The notes: generated by a model not told the origin, from the letters alone. A stretch of 64,000 nucleotides of DNA from an uncultured Synergistaceae bacterium (GCA_964425765.1 CAYRNZ010000009.1:4675-68674), one strand, 5' to 3'. Shown: positions 27,912-37,765, numbered from the stretch's first letter. Made by a program: numbers and translations.

Positions 27912-27961
27912 CCCACGTTATACCACTTTATCCCACTTGAACCCACTTTATCACTTCACTT
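27912..27961 (-). promoter_or_regulatory. array of 10-bp-phased direct repeats (A/C)GTGG(G/T), candidate MraZ operator
   Basis: The minus strand reads AGTGAAGTGA TAAAGTGGGT TCAAGTGGGA TAAAGTGGTA TAACGTGGGA GG-attttcag-ATG(mraZ). That gives four clear GTGG(G/T) repeats with exact 10-nt spacing plus one or two degenerate ones. It resembles the published MraZ boxes (TGGGN repeats in E. coli, AAAGTG[G/T] in Mollicutes). Confidence 0.6.
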
Positions 27962-28071
27962 CCGGTGACGCTAGGGCTAGAGTATCAAATAACCACGCTT
28001 AGGCTAAGCCATTAGTCCTATTTTTATTTTCTCTTCATTTTACCGGTTAAAAATACCCAGATACTCAGGGA

Positions 28072-28106
28072 CACAAAAAAAAAAGACCCCTTGTCTTGGG
28101 GTCTTT
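28072..28106 (-). terminator. intrinsic terminator of rnpB
   Basis: The minus strand reads AAAGACCCC-AAGACAA-GGGGTCTTT followed by a run of ~10 T, immediately after the RNase P RNA 3' end. Confidence 0.85.
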
Positions 28107-28460
28107 GCTGTGGGAGCATCCCGTAAGCCGGGTTCTGTCTAGAACGGCCATTTATCTGGACTCGCACTTGCGTACGAGCTCTAGCGACCGTACCCGGGAG
28201 TCAGCGGGCCGCCTCATCCTCCCCTATTCGGTCTTGCTCCGGACGGGGTTTACCTAGCCCGCAGGTCACCCTGCGGCTGGTGGGCTCTTACCCCACCTTT
28301 TCACCCTTGCCGGGACTAGTCCCGGCGGTTTGTTTCTGTGGCACTCGCCTGAGGTTCGCACCTACTGGACGTTATCCAGCGTCCTGCCCTATGGAGCCCG
28401 GACTTTCCTCCGCCGGTCGCCTTTCGGCTTGCGGCAGCGGCCGTTTGTGATACTCCCACG
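28107..28460 (-). ncRNA. rnpB: RNase P RNA (bacterial type A)
   Basis: The minus strand contains the universally conserved GAGGAAAGTCCGGGCTCC (plus-strand 28393-28410) and ACAGAACCCGGCTTA (28122-28136). The 5' GTGGGAGTATC pairs with the 3' GATGCTCCCAC to form P1. Ends are +/- a few nt. Confidence 0.92.
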
Positions 28461-28465
28461 GTTTT

Positions 28466-28494
28466 ATTTTACTACTCCTTGGGGGCGTTGTTTA
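28466..28494 (-). promoter_or_regulatory. candidate rnpB promoter (TAAACA-17 nt-TAAAAT)
   Basis: The -10 TAAAAT (28471-28466) sits directly after the upstream CDS stop codon and ~6 nt before the predicted RNA 5' end. The -35-like TAAACA (28494-28489) is inside the CDS. Confidence 0.45.
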
Positions 28495-29005
28495 CCTGCC
28501 CATTGTGGGCTCTTGCGAGTTCTACATACGCCTGCGCCATGTCCCTTATCTTTTGCCTTTCTTCATCGCGTACTCCCCTGACGACTTTTGCAGGGGTCCC
28601 CATGGCCAAGCTGCCCGGAGGGACAATCCGCCCTTCCGGGACCAGGCTTCCGGCGGCAACGATGGATCCCTCCCCTATCAGGGCCCCATCCAGGATGATG
28701 GCCCCCATCCCGATCAGGCACTCCCTTTCGACGGTACAACCGTGAAGGATCGCGCCATGTCCGACCGTAACGTCTTCGCCTACGTCAACACCCAGTTCCC
28801 GGGTCACGTGAAGGATCGATCCATCCTGGATGTTGCTCCTTTCGCCTATACGGATCCCCTTCAGGTCACCCCGGATAACCGCCCCGTACCATATGCTGGT
28901 GTCCCTGCCGAGGACAACGTCTCCGATTACGGAAGCGGAGCCGGCTACAAAAGCCGCCTCCGCCCCGTCCCGCTTCCCTTCTTCCTTTCCAATCCGGCTT
29001 TCCAT
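28472..29005 (-). CDS. gamma-class carbonic anhydrase family protein (hexapeptide-repeat, YrdA/PaaY-like)
   Basis: 177 aa left-handed beta-helix protein with the motifs IWYGAVIRGD, IGERSNIQDGSILH and VTVGHGAILHGC. Confidence 0.85.
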   Translation of the reverse strand: MESRIGKEEGKRDGAEAAFVAGSASVIGDVVLGRDTSIWYGAVIRGDLKGIRIGERSNIQDGSILHVTRELGVDVGEDVTVGHGAILHGCTVERECLIGMGAIILDGALIGEGSIVAAGSLVPEGRIVPPGSLAMGTPAKVVRGVRDEERQKIRDMAQAYVELARAHNGQVNNAPKE

Positions 29006-29018
29006 TTGCTTTTCATTC

Positions 29019-29645
29019 CTAATGAGAGCGAACTATTTCCTTAATAACCATCAATCGGCTTTGGCTCGAACGTTCCATTTCATCCAACTTCATCGTGATG
29101 TCACGAATCGTCTCCCTGAAGGAAGGTATCATGACGTGTTCCAATGCGTTAACCCGACGACGTGTCCGCTCGATTTCCGAAGCCATGAGCTTCAGGGCTT
29201 TCTCGTCGGCGGCAAGCTGGATAAGCCTCGCGATCAGCCTGGAAAACCTCTCGAGAGCCACATCGAGACTCCCTGGGGAGGTCGCGAGGCCATAGCTCAG
29301 GCTTTCTCCCGTCTGGTTAACGGTGTAAACCGGGACGACAACGCTCATAACGTTTCTATAGGCGACTTCCAGGCTGCACGAGGCGCCGGAAATCATCAGG
29401 GCCTGTTCAAGCATGGCTGGCAAGGTCTGTGCCCTTGCCAGGAGAAAACTACGGTAACAATCCGCAAGCTCGCTCTCGAGACGGTCTCGAAGCGCCTTGA
29501 TCGCTCGGGCCCGGCCCAGGAACTCCTTTATCAGCGCGTCCTGCTTGTCCTTTAGTAGCTTGTGCCCCCTTTTCGCCACCACCAAGCGTTTTTTCAGCTT
29601 GGATAGTTCCATGCGATTCGGGTTCACGTTCAATCGTTTCGCCAT
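29019..29645 (-). CDS. ntpD: V-type ATP synthase subunit D
   Basis: MAKRLNVNPNRMELSKLKKRL... is a coiled-coil V/A-ATPase D subunit. Last gene of the ATPase operon. Confidence 0.93.
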   Translation of the reverse strand: MAKRLNVNPNRMELSKLKKRLVVAKRGHKLLKDKQDALIKEFLGRARAIKALRDRLESELADCYRSFLLARAQTLPAMLEQALMISGASCSLEVAYRNVMSVVVPVYTVNQTGESLSYGLATSPGSLDVALERFSRLIARLIQLAADEKALKLMASEIERTRRRVNALEHVMIPSFRETIRDITMKLDEMERSSQSRLMVIKEIVRSH

Positions 29646-29657
29646 CGTTCGGCCCTC

Positions 29658-31076
29658 CTAGGGCTTGACTGTTTCGGGCTCTTTTACCTCCTGCTGTGCC
29701 AGAAGGGGCTTGAGGTACTTTTCGACATAGGCGTCACGCACGCGCTTCAGTTCCCTTACGGGGATCATCGTCAGCAACTCCCAACCGAGAACCAGGGTTT
29801 CTTCCACTGTGCGATTTTCATATTCACCCTGCCTGACGTAGCGATCCTCGAAAGCATCCGAAAAACGGGCAAATGCCTTGTCTTCCTCAGTCAAGGCCCC
29901 TTCCCCGAGGATAATCGCCAGTTCCTTGGCTTCCTTTCCCCGGGCATAGGCGGCGAAAAGCTGGTTCATCAGATCCGCGTGGTCTTCACGGGTCTTGCCC
30001 TTTCCAATCCCCTTGTCCTTCAACCTGGACAGGGAGGGCATCACGTCCACCGGCGGATATATCCCCTTGCGATGGAGGCCGCGGCTCAGGATTATCTGAC
30101 CTTCGGTGATATAGCCTGTAAGGTCGGGGATCGGGTGGGTCTTGTCGTCCTCGGGCATCGTCAGGATGGGGAACTGGGTGATGGAACCTTTCCGCCCCCG
30201 GAGTCTTCCTGCTCGCTCGTACATGGTCGCAAGGTCGGTATAAAGGTAACCGGGATAGCCGCGCCGGCCCGGAACTTCCTTTCTGGCCGCGGAAATCTCT
30301 CGAAGAGCTTCGCAGTAGTTGGTAAGGTCTGTCAGGATGACCAAAACGTGCATGTCGCACTCGAATGCCAGGTATTCCGCGGCGGTGAGTGCCAACCGGG
30401 GCGTCGTGATACGCTCGATGGCGGGGTCGTCCGCGAGGTTGACGAACATGACGGTCCGTTCGATCGCCCCGGTCTTCCGGAAATCTTCCATGAAGAACGA
30501 TGCCTCTTCGAAAGTGATCCCCATGGCCGCGAAAACGACGGCAAAGGCTTCGTGCCCACTTTTGACCGCGGCTTGGCGGGCGATTTGCGCAGCCATTCGG
30601 TTGTGCGGAAGGCCGCTGGCGGAGAAAATGGGCAACTTCTGTCCCCTGACAAGGGGGTTCATGCCGTCGATGGTGGAAATCCCGGTCTGGATGAACTCTG
30701 ACGGGAAGTCCCGGGAATAGGGATTGATCGGGTTGCCGTTGATGTCCAGAAGGGCATCCGGGATGACCCCGGTCCCCCCGTCGAGAGGCTCTCCCCTTCC
30801 ATTGAAGATCCTTCCAAGCATGGTCCGGCTCACCGGCAACGTGAGAACCTTGCCGAGGAAACGGACCTTGGTGGATTCGATGTCGATACCGGTCGTACCT
30901 TCAAAAACCTGCACAAGGGCCCTGTCCGTCGTGATTTCCAGAACGCGCCCCCTTCTTCTTTCACCGGAGGCCAGCTCGATCTCGACCAGCTCGTCGTAGC
31001 GAACCTCGTTCACCTTATCGACGACCATCAGCGGACCCGATAGGTTGGTGATGGTTCGATACTCCTTAGGCAACAT
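29658..31076 (-). CDS. ntpB: V-type ATP synthase subunit B
   Basis: [20 protein letters not shown]... and [15 protein letters not shown] are typical. ATG 31076 is preferred; the ORF-track GTG 31085 is also possible. Confidence 0.95.
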   Translation of the reverse strand: MLPKEYRTITNLSGPLMVVDKVNEVRYDELVEIELASGERRRGRVLEITTDRALVQVFEGTTGIDIESTKVRFLGKVLTLPVSRTMLGRIFNGRGEPLDGGTGVIPDALLDINGNPINPYSRDFPSEFIQTGISTIDGMNPLVRGQKLPIFSASGLPHNRMAAQIARQAAVKSGHEAFAVVFAAMGITFEEASFFMEDFRKTGAIERTVMFVNLADDPAIERITTPRLALTAAEYLAFECDMHVLVILTDLTNYCEALREISAARKEVPGRRGYPGYLYTDLATMYERAGRLRGRKGSITQFPILTMPEDDKTHPIPDLTGYITEGQIILSRGLHRKGIYPPVDVMPSLSRLKDKGIGKGKTREDHADLMNQLFAAYARGKEAKELAIILGEGALTEEDKAFARFSDAFEDRYVRQGEYENRTVEETLVLGWELLTMIPVRELKRVRDAYVEKYLKPLLAQQEVKEPETVKP

Positions 31077-32874
31077 GGACCTCACCCCCTGCCGGCATCA
31101 GCTTGCCGATTTCCTTCTTGATGTCCTCTTCCAGCGTATCGAGGGAACCCAGCTCCTTTTCATCGATGTAACGCATGCGGGTGATCCTTTCCCGTATTTC
31201 CATCTCCGTGACATCCTTGAGGGTCGCGCCTCGCTTCAATGCCTCCATGGCCAGGTGGTGGAAGGTCAGGATGTTCCGGAGCATCTTGAACTGCTTATCC
31301 ATGGACGCATAGGTATCGATCTCATGGAAGGCGTTTTGGTGGAGGAAATCTTCCCTCAACGACTTCGTCGTTTCCATGATCATCCTTTCGTCCTTCGAAA
31401 GGGAGTCGATACCGACCAGCCTTACGATTTCCTTCAACCTCTCCTCGTCCTCAAGAAGGGACATGGCCTCGATTCGACTCTTCGCCCATTCCCCGTCATA
31501 CACGCCGTCCCAATACTCACCGAGCTTCTCTGCATACAGGGAGTAACTGCTCAGCCAGTTGATCGCGGGGAAGTGGCGCTGGTATGCCAGGCTTGCGTCG
31601 AGCCCCCAGAAGACCTTTGTCACTCGCAGGGTATTCTGGGTAACCGGCTCGGAAAGGTCCCCACCAGGAGGTGAAACGGCCCCGATAACGCTCACCGCTC
31701 CCTCGGCCTGGCCTTTTCCTAGACAGATCGCCCTGCCTGCGCGTTCATAGAAGGAGGCAAGCCGGGTCCCAAGGTAAGCGGGGTAACCTTCTTCCCCGGG
31801 CATCTCTTCGAGTCGACCGGAGATCTCCCTGAGGGCTTCGGCCCAGCGGCTCGTGGAGTCCGCCATGAGGGCGACGGAATATCCCATGTCACGGTAGTAT
31901 TCCGCGATGGTGATACCCGTATAGATAGACGCTTCTCGTGCAGCCACCGGCATGTTCGATGTGTTCGCGATGAGTACCGTCCGCTTCATCAAGGGTTGCC
32001 CCGATCGAGGGTCTTCCAGTTCCGGGAACTCGAGAAGGACGTCGGTCATCTCGTTTCCGCGCTCGCCGCAACCGATATAAACAACGATCTCCGCGTCCGC
32101 CCACTTGGCTAGCTGGTGCTGGATGACGGTTTTGCCCGATCCGAAGGGACCCGGAACACAGGCTGTCCCTCCCCTGGCAATCATGAAGAACATGTCAACG
32201 ACACGTTGGCCGGTAGTAAGGGGGACAACCGGGGGCAATCGCTTTGCCACCGGCCTTGGGTAGCGGACCGGCCACCTTTGCAACATGGAGATTTCACGCC
32301 TGTTTTCCCCGTCGACGAGGACGGCAACCGTTTCCTCTACAGCGAAATCGCCCTCTCGGATTTCTTCGACCGTGCCCTTCAATCCGGGCGGAACCATGAT
32401 GCGGTGTTCGACGAGGATCGTCTCCTGCACCGTGCCAAGGACATCCCCTTGGCCGACCGTGTCCCCTTTTCTCACTTTCGGCACGAAGGTCCACTTTCTC
32501 GACCTGTCGATAGCCGGCACGTTGATCCCGCGCGAAATAAAAGGACTTTTCGCCTTGTCTTCGATCGCGTTCAGGGGACGCTGGACTCCGTCGTAGAATT
32601 GCTCGATCATCCCTGGCCCCAGTTCGACGCTGAGAGGGGCTCCGGTGCTGACGACCGGCTCGCCGGGCATCAGGCCTGAGGTTTCCTCGTAGACCTGCAC
32701 TGAAGCGAGGTCGCCCTTCAGTTCGATGATCTCCCCGACTAGGCCCATATGCCCCACGCGGACCACGTCGTACATCCCCGATCCCGTCATGCCGCTCGCC
32801 ACAACGAGCGGACCGGAAATCTTGCTTATTTTTCCCTTTACCGACTTACCTACGGCCACATGGATCGCCTCCAA
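31066..32874 (-). CDS. ntpA: V-type ATP synthase catalytic subunit A
   Basis: Walker [10 protein letters not shown], and the non-homologous insert typical of A subunits; [10 protein letters not shown]. No intein. Confidence 0.95.
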   Translation of the reverse strand: MEAIHVAVGKSVKGKISKISGPLVVASGMTGSGMYDVVRVGHMGLVGEIIELKGDLASVQVYEETSGLMPGEPVVSTGAPLSVELGPGMIEQFYDGVQRPLNAIEDKAKSPFISRGINVPAIDRSRKWTFVPKVRKGDTVGQGDVLGTVQETILVEHRIMVPPGLKGTVEEIREGDFAVEETVAVLVDGENRREISMLQRWPVRYPRPVAKRLPPVVPLTTGQRVVDMFFMIARGGTACVPGPFGSGKTVIQHQLAKWADAEIVVYIGCGERGNEMTDVLLEFPELEDPRSGQPLMKRTVLIANTSNMPVAAREASIYTGITIAEYYRDMGYSVALMADSTSRWAEALREISGRLEEMPGEEGYPAYLGTRLASFYERAGRAICLGKGQAEGAVSVIGAVSPPGGDLSEPVTQNTLRVTKVFWGLDASLAYQRHFPAINWLSSYSLYAEKLGEYWDGVYDGEWAKSRIEAMSLLEDEERLKEIVRLVGIDSLSKDERMIMETTKSLREDFLHQNAFHEIDTYASMDKQFKMLRNILTFHHLAMEALKRGATLKDVTEMEIRERITRMRYIDEKELGSLDTLEEDIKKEIGKLMPAGGEVHVA

Positions 32875-32907
32875 CCTTTCGCATCGTGTTCCGTCCGACC
32901 GGGAGTG

Positions 32908-33222
32908 TTATCTAACGGAAAAGATGTCCATCCCAACCGCACGTTCGACACTCGACTTGATCGATTTGAAGCCCAGCCCTTTCGATCCCTTGAGCCCGGG
33001 GATCGGGACAATGCTTGTCTCTTCCTTTTCGTTGATTTCCTCGATGGTCTCCCCCAAGCGTTCGTACCAGTCCTCAACGATGAAGACAACCGCATATTTG
33101 CGCTGCACGAGCTGGGCGAGAGTTTCCTTTGCCTCTCGCTCCGAACCTTCTTCCAGGATCTTGGGCTCGATGCCGACAGCCTGGAAAGGTAAAACGCTTT
33201 CATAATCCCCGAGCGCTGCCAT
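32908..33222 (-). CDS. V-type ATP synthase subunit F
   Basis: MAALGDYESVLPFQAVGIEP... matches the subunit F N-terminus. ATG 33222 is preferred; ATG 33249 (ORF track) would overlap subunit C by 14 nt. Confidence 0.8.
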   Translation of the reverse strand: MAALGDYESVLPFQAVGIEPKILEEGSEREAKETLAQLVQRKYAVVFIVEDWYERLGETIEEINEKEETSIVPIPGLKGSKGLGFKSIKSSVERAVGMDIFSVR

Positions 33223-33235
33223 TGCCCTGTTCCGG

Positions 33236-34252
33236 CTAGACGTTGACATGTCGGAGCAACCCCCTCACCACGTCCCGGTCGGCACCATTGGCCTTGCCTA
33301 CCAGGATGATTCTGACGTTTTTCGCTTCCATCTCCTTCGACCAGAGGTAAAAAAGGACATTTTCCGGGGCCGTGGAGCTGAAACGCGAGTCCTCGACCAG
33401 TTTGAGGACATAATCGTCAAGGGCTTTTTCCACCTCGACGATAAGGGTGTCGAAATCGGTCACTTCCTGAAGGCCGGAAAGGGCACCGGTCAGGTCCGTG
33501 TAGGCAAGCAGCCTCCCCCAGCTTTCCAGGGGTTCCCCGACGAGTGTGAGCAGCCTTTCAACCGAAATGACGCCACCTTGATGAAGAAACCCGGCAATCT
33601 TCGAAGCATCGGTTTGCGTCCGCCGCAATCTGAGAAGATTCCGGACGTTTTCCGCGTCGATTTTCCCCCTAACCCAGTTCGAGGCACCCTTATGATCCAG
33701 CTTGGAGGCCAGAGCCGTCATTTGCATAAAGAGGAGGTCGTCGAGCTGGCGCTCGATCTCGAGGATATCGTGTGCCTGGTCCCACTGGGCCAAGTAATGC
33801 GGTATCGCGGATCTCAGCCCGAAGGGCAAAAGTCGGTAATCCTCCGATTCCAACGCCTCAATGAGGGATTCCGGGCTGGCGTTTCCAAGCTGCGTCAGCA
33901 GATCCCATCGCCTGTTGCCTCCGGCTTTCTGGAGGAAGGTGCTTTTCAGCAATACCTTGATGTTGTGGAAATCATAGGGCATCTTGCACAGGGTCACCAA
34001 ATCCTTGTCCGGGACGAATTGTTCCACTTCCCGGTAGACGAAGCGCAATTCCGCTTCTATCGCTTCGTCAAAAGCCGTTTCGGCCTTCATTTCAACTAGC
34101 CATGAAGAGTAACAGGTCTCGTTCAGTATTTTCAAGGCACCCTGCAGATCTTCCGCGTCGAGCATTCTCTGGAGGACAGCCGAATCCAGGAGGCGATGCC
34201 CCATCGCCCTCAGGCGTGCAACCGCATAGCCGTAATTTTCCGCCTGGGCCAT
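33236..34252 (-). CDS. ntpC: V-type ATP synthase subunit C (d-type)
   Basis: 338 aa all-helical protein starting YGYAVARLRAM.... Position in the operon is between E and F. Confidence 0.85.
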   Translation of the reverse strand: MAQAENYGYAVARLRAMGHRLLDSAVLQRMLDAEDLQGALKILNETCYSSWLVEMKAETAFDEAIEAELRFVYREVEQFVPDKDLVTLCKMPYDFHNIKVLLKSTFLQKAGGNRRWDLLTQLGNASPESLIEALESEDYRLLPFGLRSAIPHYLAQWDQAHDILEIERQLDDLLFMQMTALASKLDHKGASNWVRGKIDAENVRNLLRLRRTQTDASKIAGFLHQGGVISVERLLTLVGEPLESWGRLLAYTDLTGALSGLQEVTDFDTLIVEVEKALDDYVLKLVEDSRFSSTAPENVLFYLWSKEMEAKNVRIILVGKANGADRDVVRGLLRHVNV

Positions 34253-34266
34253 TCCCTCACCTCCCG

Positions 34267-34857
34267 TCAGTTGGAGAAAAGCTTCTTGACCGTTTCCGCC
34301 TCAAGCTCTTCCCGGGCTGTCCTGATCAGCATCTCCCAGGAACAGTTCACGTCAACCAGTCCCCTGCGAAGGATGAATCCTCCAATGATAGGGGCCCTTT
34401 CCTCCGCCATTTGCAGCCCTGTTCCATGTTTTTCGTTGTATCCGTCGAGCCAGTTCCTATCCAGCGCCTTCTCTCCCCTGCCGAGGATGAGCGTTTCGTC
34501 GCCTGTTTCAACAGCCTCGGCGAGAAGGACCTCCGCGAATCGGCGGGCTTTCTCGGTTTCCATACCCGCCATCCGGGACTTTGCCGCTTCAAAAGCCTCA
34601 TCGATCAGGGCCCTGCGGGCGAGGAGATCGTCCCTGCTTACATCGAGCTTAGCGACGATTTCCCTTCTCCGGAGGATCTCTGAGCTTTCCTTCTCGAGAC
34701 GGGATTTTTGGAGATCCTCCATACGTCGGGTTTCCGTCTCAATCCCGCGCAGGATCTCACCGACCTGGAGCCGGGCACCGTTCAGGATTTCATCGGCTTC
34801 CGCCCGGGCATCCGCCTCGATTTTCGCCTTGATATCCGACAGTGACATGCCAGCCAC
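34267..34857 (-). CDS. ntpE: V-type ATP synthase subunit E
   Basis: 196 aa with an N-terminal long charged helix (IKAKIEADARAEADEIL...), the peripheral-stalk E subunit pattern. Confidence 0.8.
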   Translation of the reverse strand: MAGMSLSDIKAKIEADARAEADEILNGARLQVGEILRGIETETRRMEDLQKSRLEKESSEILRRREIVAKLDVSRDDLLARRALIDEAFEAAKSRMAGMETEKARRFAEVLLAEAVETGDETLILGRGEKALDRNWLDGYNEKHGTGLQMAEERAPIIGGFILRRGLVDVNCSWEMLIRTAREELEAETVKKLFSN

Positions 34858-34863
34858 CCCGGC

Positions 34864-35385
34864 TTACAACTTAATACTGTTCATAAGGATGATGCTCAGC
34901 AGGAGGGCGAGAACCGCGTAGGTTTCAACCATGGCAGGCAGGATGACAGCTTTGCCGATCTCTTCCGGCCGTTTGGAAATCAGAAGGATGGCTCCTGCTG
35001 ACGCCTTCCCTTGGGCAATGGCTGAATAGTACTGGGCAATCGCGATGGGCATGAGGGAGCCGAATATGCCAATACCCTGCCAGATGGTGACCTTGACCGC
35101 TGCGCCGCCGAGAAGGCCAACCTTCAGGATGGCGAAAAAAGCCGCGAGAAGGCCGTATATCCCCTGTGTCCCGGGAAGGGCAAGCAGCAGGAGGGCAAGG
35201 CCGAACTTGCCCGGATCCTCGGTCATGATGCCCGCAGCCGCTTCGTCGGCAATCGAAATCCCGATGGCCGATCCGGAACCTGCGAAACCCGCGGCTATTC
35301 CCGCTCCAAGTACTGCAATCATGGCACCCAGTTGTTCCGACATGGTGGTCAAAAGGGTTGTGACTACCTGGTCCATAAAAAACAT
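34864..35385 (-). CDS. ntpK: V-type ATP synthase subunit K (16-kDa duplicated proteolipid)
   Basis: A four-TM proteolipid closely resembling Enterococcus hirae NtpK as I recall it (LPGTQG..., IAQGK..., AMVETYA...). Confidence 0.9.
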   Translation of the reverse strand: MFFMDQVVTTLLTTMSEQLGAMIAVLGAGIAAGFAGSGSAIGISIADEAAAGIMTEDPGKFGLALLLLALPGTQGIYGLLAAFFAILKVGLLGGAAVKVTIWQGIGIFGSLMPIAIAQYYSAIAQGKASAGAILLISKRPEEIGKAVILPAMVETYAVLALLLSIILMNSIKL

Positions 35386-35421
35386 TCCTCCCTTTAGAGA
35401 AATAGGTATGTTCTGTCTGGC

Positions 35422-37452
35422 TCAGCGGGCTTTTTCGGTGTCGCCCGGTTCTGCTATCTTGATAAACTGAGTTTCGTAGGCGAATGGGGCGAACAGGCGC
35501 CCGTTGGCCTCGTAGAACTTGCTGAAGAACTCGACGTACTGGAGCCTCAACGAGTGGACAAAGGCCCCAAGAACGTTGATCGCGAGACTGAATATGTTGC
35601 CCAGCACAAAAAGGATCAAGGCCAGGATCCAGCCTACAAAGGGAACGCCCTCCATGATCATTTTGGCGAGTAGGTTGATGATCAGGCCTATCGCAGCCCC
35701 GGAGAGCCCCAAGGCCAGCAAGCGGCTGTAGCTCAGGGTGTCCCCGAGGTAGGAAGTCACTCCGTAAAGGCTCAGGGCACCGGAAACGGCCTTTCCAAAG
35801 ATCCCCTTCTTGCTGCGCCCCTGGGTGAGGAATAGGATTATCGCCCCGGCTGCCGCGGACGCCTTGGCAACCCATCCCAGGGAGGCAGGGGCTTTACCCA
35901 CCATGACAAGAAAGAGCAGGGCCAGGCCCGTGAGGAAAATTATCCAACCGCCCCGGTCTGCAAAAGCCTCCAGGTAGGAACGTCGGCGAATTGCATCATA
36001 AAAGGCTATACACAGGCCAAAAATCAGCTGAATAAACCCGAGAGCCAGGCAGATCCCGAGGTAGGTCATCGGATCGTTCATCGGATCCCAGACGACCAGC
36101 TTGTTTTTCAAGGGGCGAAGGAACTCGAGGAACCCGAAACTGTCGATCGTGTTCGCCAGCCAGGACCCGGTCAGGGCTCCCATGACGACCGTCGCAAGGC
36201 TGCAGATAAACATGACAATGGCAAACTTCCTCAAGTTCCCGGTTAGGGGAACCTTAAGAAGCACGCCCCCGAGGATGAGCGCCAGGATGATCCCGAAGCC
36301 CGCATCTCCAAGGCACATCCCGAAATAGAGATAGAAAAAGGGAGCCATCATGGCAGTAGGGTCAACCCCGCCGTAAGTGGGTGTCCCGAACATGTTCGTT
36401 AGCGGTTCGCAGGGGGATGCCCAGCCGGGGTTCTTCAACAATGAAGGGGCGACCTCTCCTTCCTCGGGAGCCTTGACGGTCTTTTCGGAGAGAACGCTGT
36501 AAGGGGCGAGCTCTTTTTCTATTGCGGGCAAGGCATCGACTGGGGCCCAAAACCTCAGGAAGTCTATCTGTTCGGTTCTTTCGCTGGATTCTAGAGCCTC
36601 GAAGCGGGTTTTCATCACACCCCAATAATCGGACAGCGCCTGCACGCGATCCAGCCATTCACCCGACAGGACCGCAGCCTCTCCCTGAAGAAGCGACTCC
36701 TTCTCCAGGAGTGCCTTCTTTTTTTCCGCAACCCGGAAAATTTCTTCTGCAGGAGTTCCGGCGAGATCCCTCGGTAGTTCTATGCGGTTGAAGGAGACCT
36801 CCGCGCAAAGGCTGGATACCCGGTCCTCGTGCTCGCGGAGGTATAGGAAAGCAGCCTTGGCATCCTTGTCCTTCCCTGGCTCGGCAAGGTTGACGAATAT
36901 CTCTCCGTCCTTGCCAACCTGGGAGGAAAAGCCCAATTCGGTGCGGCTGATTTCTTCCGAGGGGATCGTTCCAAGTATCCCCCGAACTCTGTCGGTACCG
37001 GTCGTGAAAAAAAGAAGGGGTTGAGGCATGTCTTTAAAGTTTTGCAGGATTGTTTCCAACCCGGCCAATTGGGACATCTCGGTTCGGATCTCGACAAACT
37101 GCCTTTCAAGTCCCCTAAGCTGGGAAACGATTGAGGCGAAGTCTGTCTCTTCCGAGAGAGATGCGAGCTCGGCCATGCCGTGTTGTGGTTTGCCGGAAAG
37201 GATCTTGCCAAGTATCCCGGTTTTTCCCTGCCTGAAGTTTTCCAGGAAGCGAATGGCGAACCGGGCATCTGAAAGCAGGGTTTCGTAACGCTTGAGGTGT
37301 TCCGATACGGGCCCGCTCCTGCTCTCGCCGGAAGAATCGGCTGTGCGGCCGATAATCTCGCAACAGCCCAATCGCTGCAGGGAGGCTGCGACGTTGCCGG
37401 TTATCGACCGGTGCAGGGCAAGCTCGACCTTTTTCATCTCAACTAAGGCCAT
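35422..37452 (-). CDS. ntpI: V-type ATP synthase subunit I (a-type)
   Basis: 676 aa with an N-terminal soluble coiled-coil domain and a C-terminal multi-TM domain containing the conserved LSYSRLLALGLS arginine motif. Confidence 0.9.
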   Translation of the reverse strand: MALVEMKKVELALHRSITGNVAASLQRLGCCEIIGRTADSSGESRSGPVSEHLKRYETLLSDARFAIRFLENFRQGKTGILGKILSGKPQHGMAELASLSEETDFASIVSQLRGLERQFVEIRTEMSQLAGLETILQNFKDMPQPLLFFTTGTDRVRGILGTIPSEEISRTELGFSSQVGKDGEIFVNLAEPGKDKDAKAAFLYLREHEDRVSSLCAEVSFNRIELPRDLAGTPAEEIFRVAEKKKALLEKESLLQGEAAVLSGEWLDRVQALSDYWGVMKTRFEALESSERTEQIDFLRFWAPVDALPAIEKELAPYSVLSEKTVKAPEEGEVAPSLLKNPGWASPCEPLTNMFGTPTYGGVDPTAMMAPFFYLYFGMCLGDAGFGIILALILGGVLLKVPLTGNLRKFAIVMFICSLATVVMGALTGSWLANTIDSFGFLEFLRPLKNKLVVWDPMNDPMTYLGICLALGFIQLIFGLCIAFYDAIRRRSYLEAFADRGGWIIFLTGLALLFLVMVGKAPASLGWVAKASAAAGAIILFLTQGRSKKGIFGKAVSGALSLYGVTSYLGDTLSYSRLLALGLSGAAIGLIINLLAKMIMEGVPFVGWILALILFVLGNIFSLAINVLGAFVHSLRLQYVEFFSKFYEANGRLFAPFAYETQFIKIAEPGDTEKAR

Positions 37453-37765
37453 ATTTCGCCGTCACCTCTTCCACTATCCAGGAAGCCACGTCGTCGACAC
37501 GTCCCTTGCGAGACTGGACAAAACCTTCCGTTTGTCTTGTGCCTTCCGCCTTTATTTCATCAGCCTTCTTCTCAGCCTCGGCCTCCAGTTTCGAAACTTG
37601 CTGGCGGAGGTTATGGTGCAACTCCTGTCTAGCCTCCTTGATTCGCTTCTCCCCATCTGCCCGGGCTTCGGCCACAAGGCGAGCCGCTTCGACCTTCGCA
37701 TCCTGGATAATCCTTCGCGAATTTTCTTCTGCCTGCCGGATCTCTTCACCAAGGTTCGCTGCCAT
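37439..37765 (-). CDS. V-type ATP synthase subunit G/H-like stalk protein
   Basis: Start taken at ATG 37765 (GGGGGTGA SD). 108 aa, highly charged and helical (EEIRQAEENSRRIIQDAKVEAARLVAEARADGEKRIKEAR...). First gene of the operon, as in G-I-K-E-C-F-A-B-D arrangements. Confidence 0.65.
   Translation of the reverse strand: MAANLGEEIRQAEENSRRIIQDAKVEAARLVAEARADGEKRIKEARQELHHNLRQQVSKLEAEAEKKADEIKAEGTRQTEGFVQSRKGRVDDVASWIVEEVTAKYGLS

Noticed and set aside
27917-27925. Extended -10-like TGGTATAAC inside the MraZ repeat array as the dcw promoter
   Set aside because: A start ~7 nt downstream would fall inside the GGGAGG Shine-Dalgarno of mraZ and leave no usable leader. I could not identify a convincing dcw promoter between 27961 and 28072.
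34925-35875. 316-aa minus-strand ORF spanning ntpK and the ntpI 3' end
   Set aside because: It is out of frame with two strongly supported membrane-subunit genes. Its Arg/Gly/His-rich translation has no domain.
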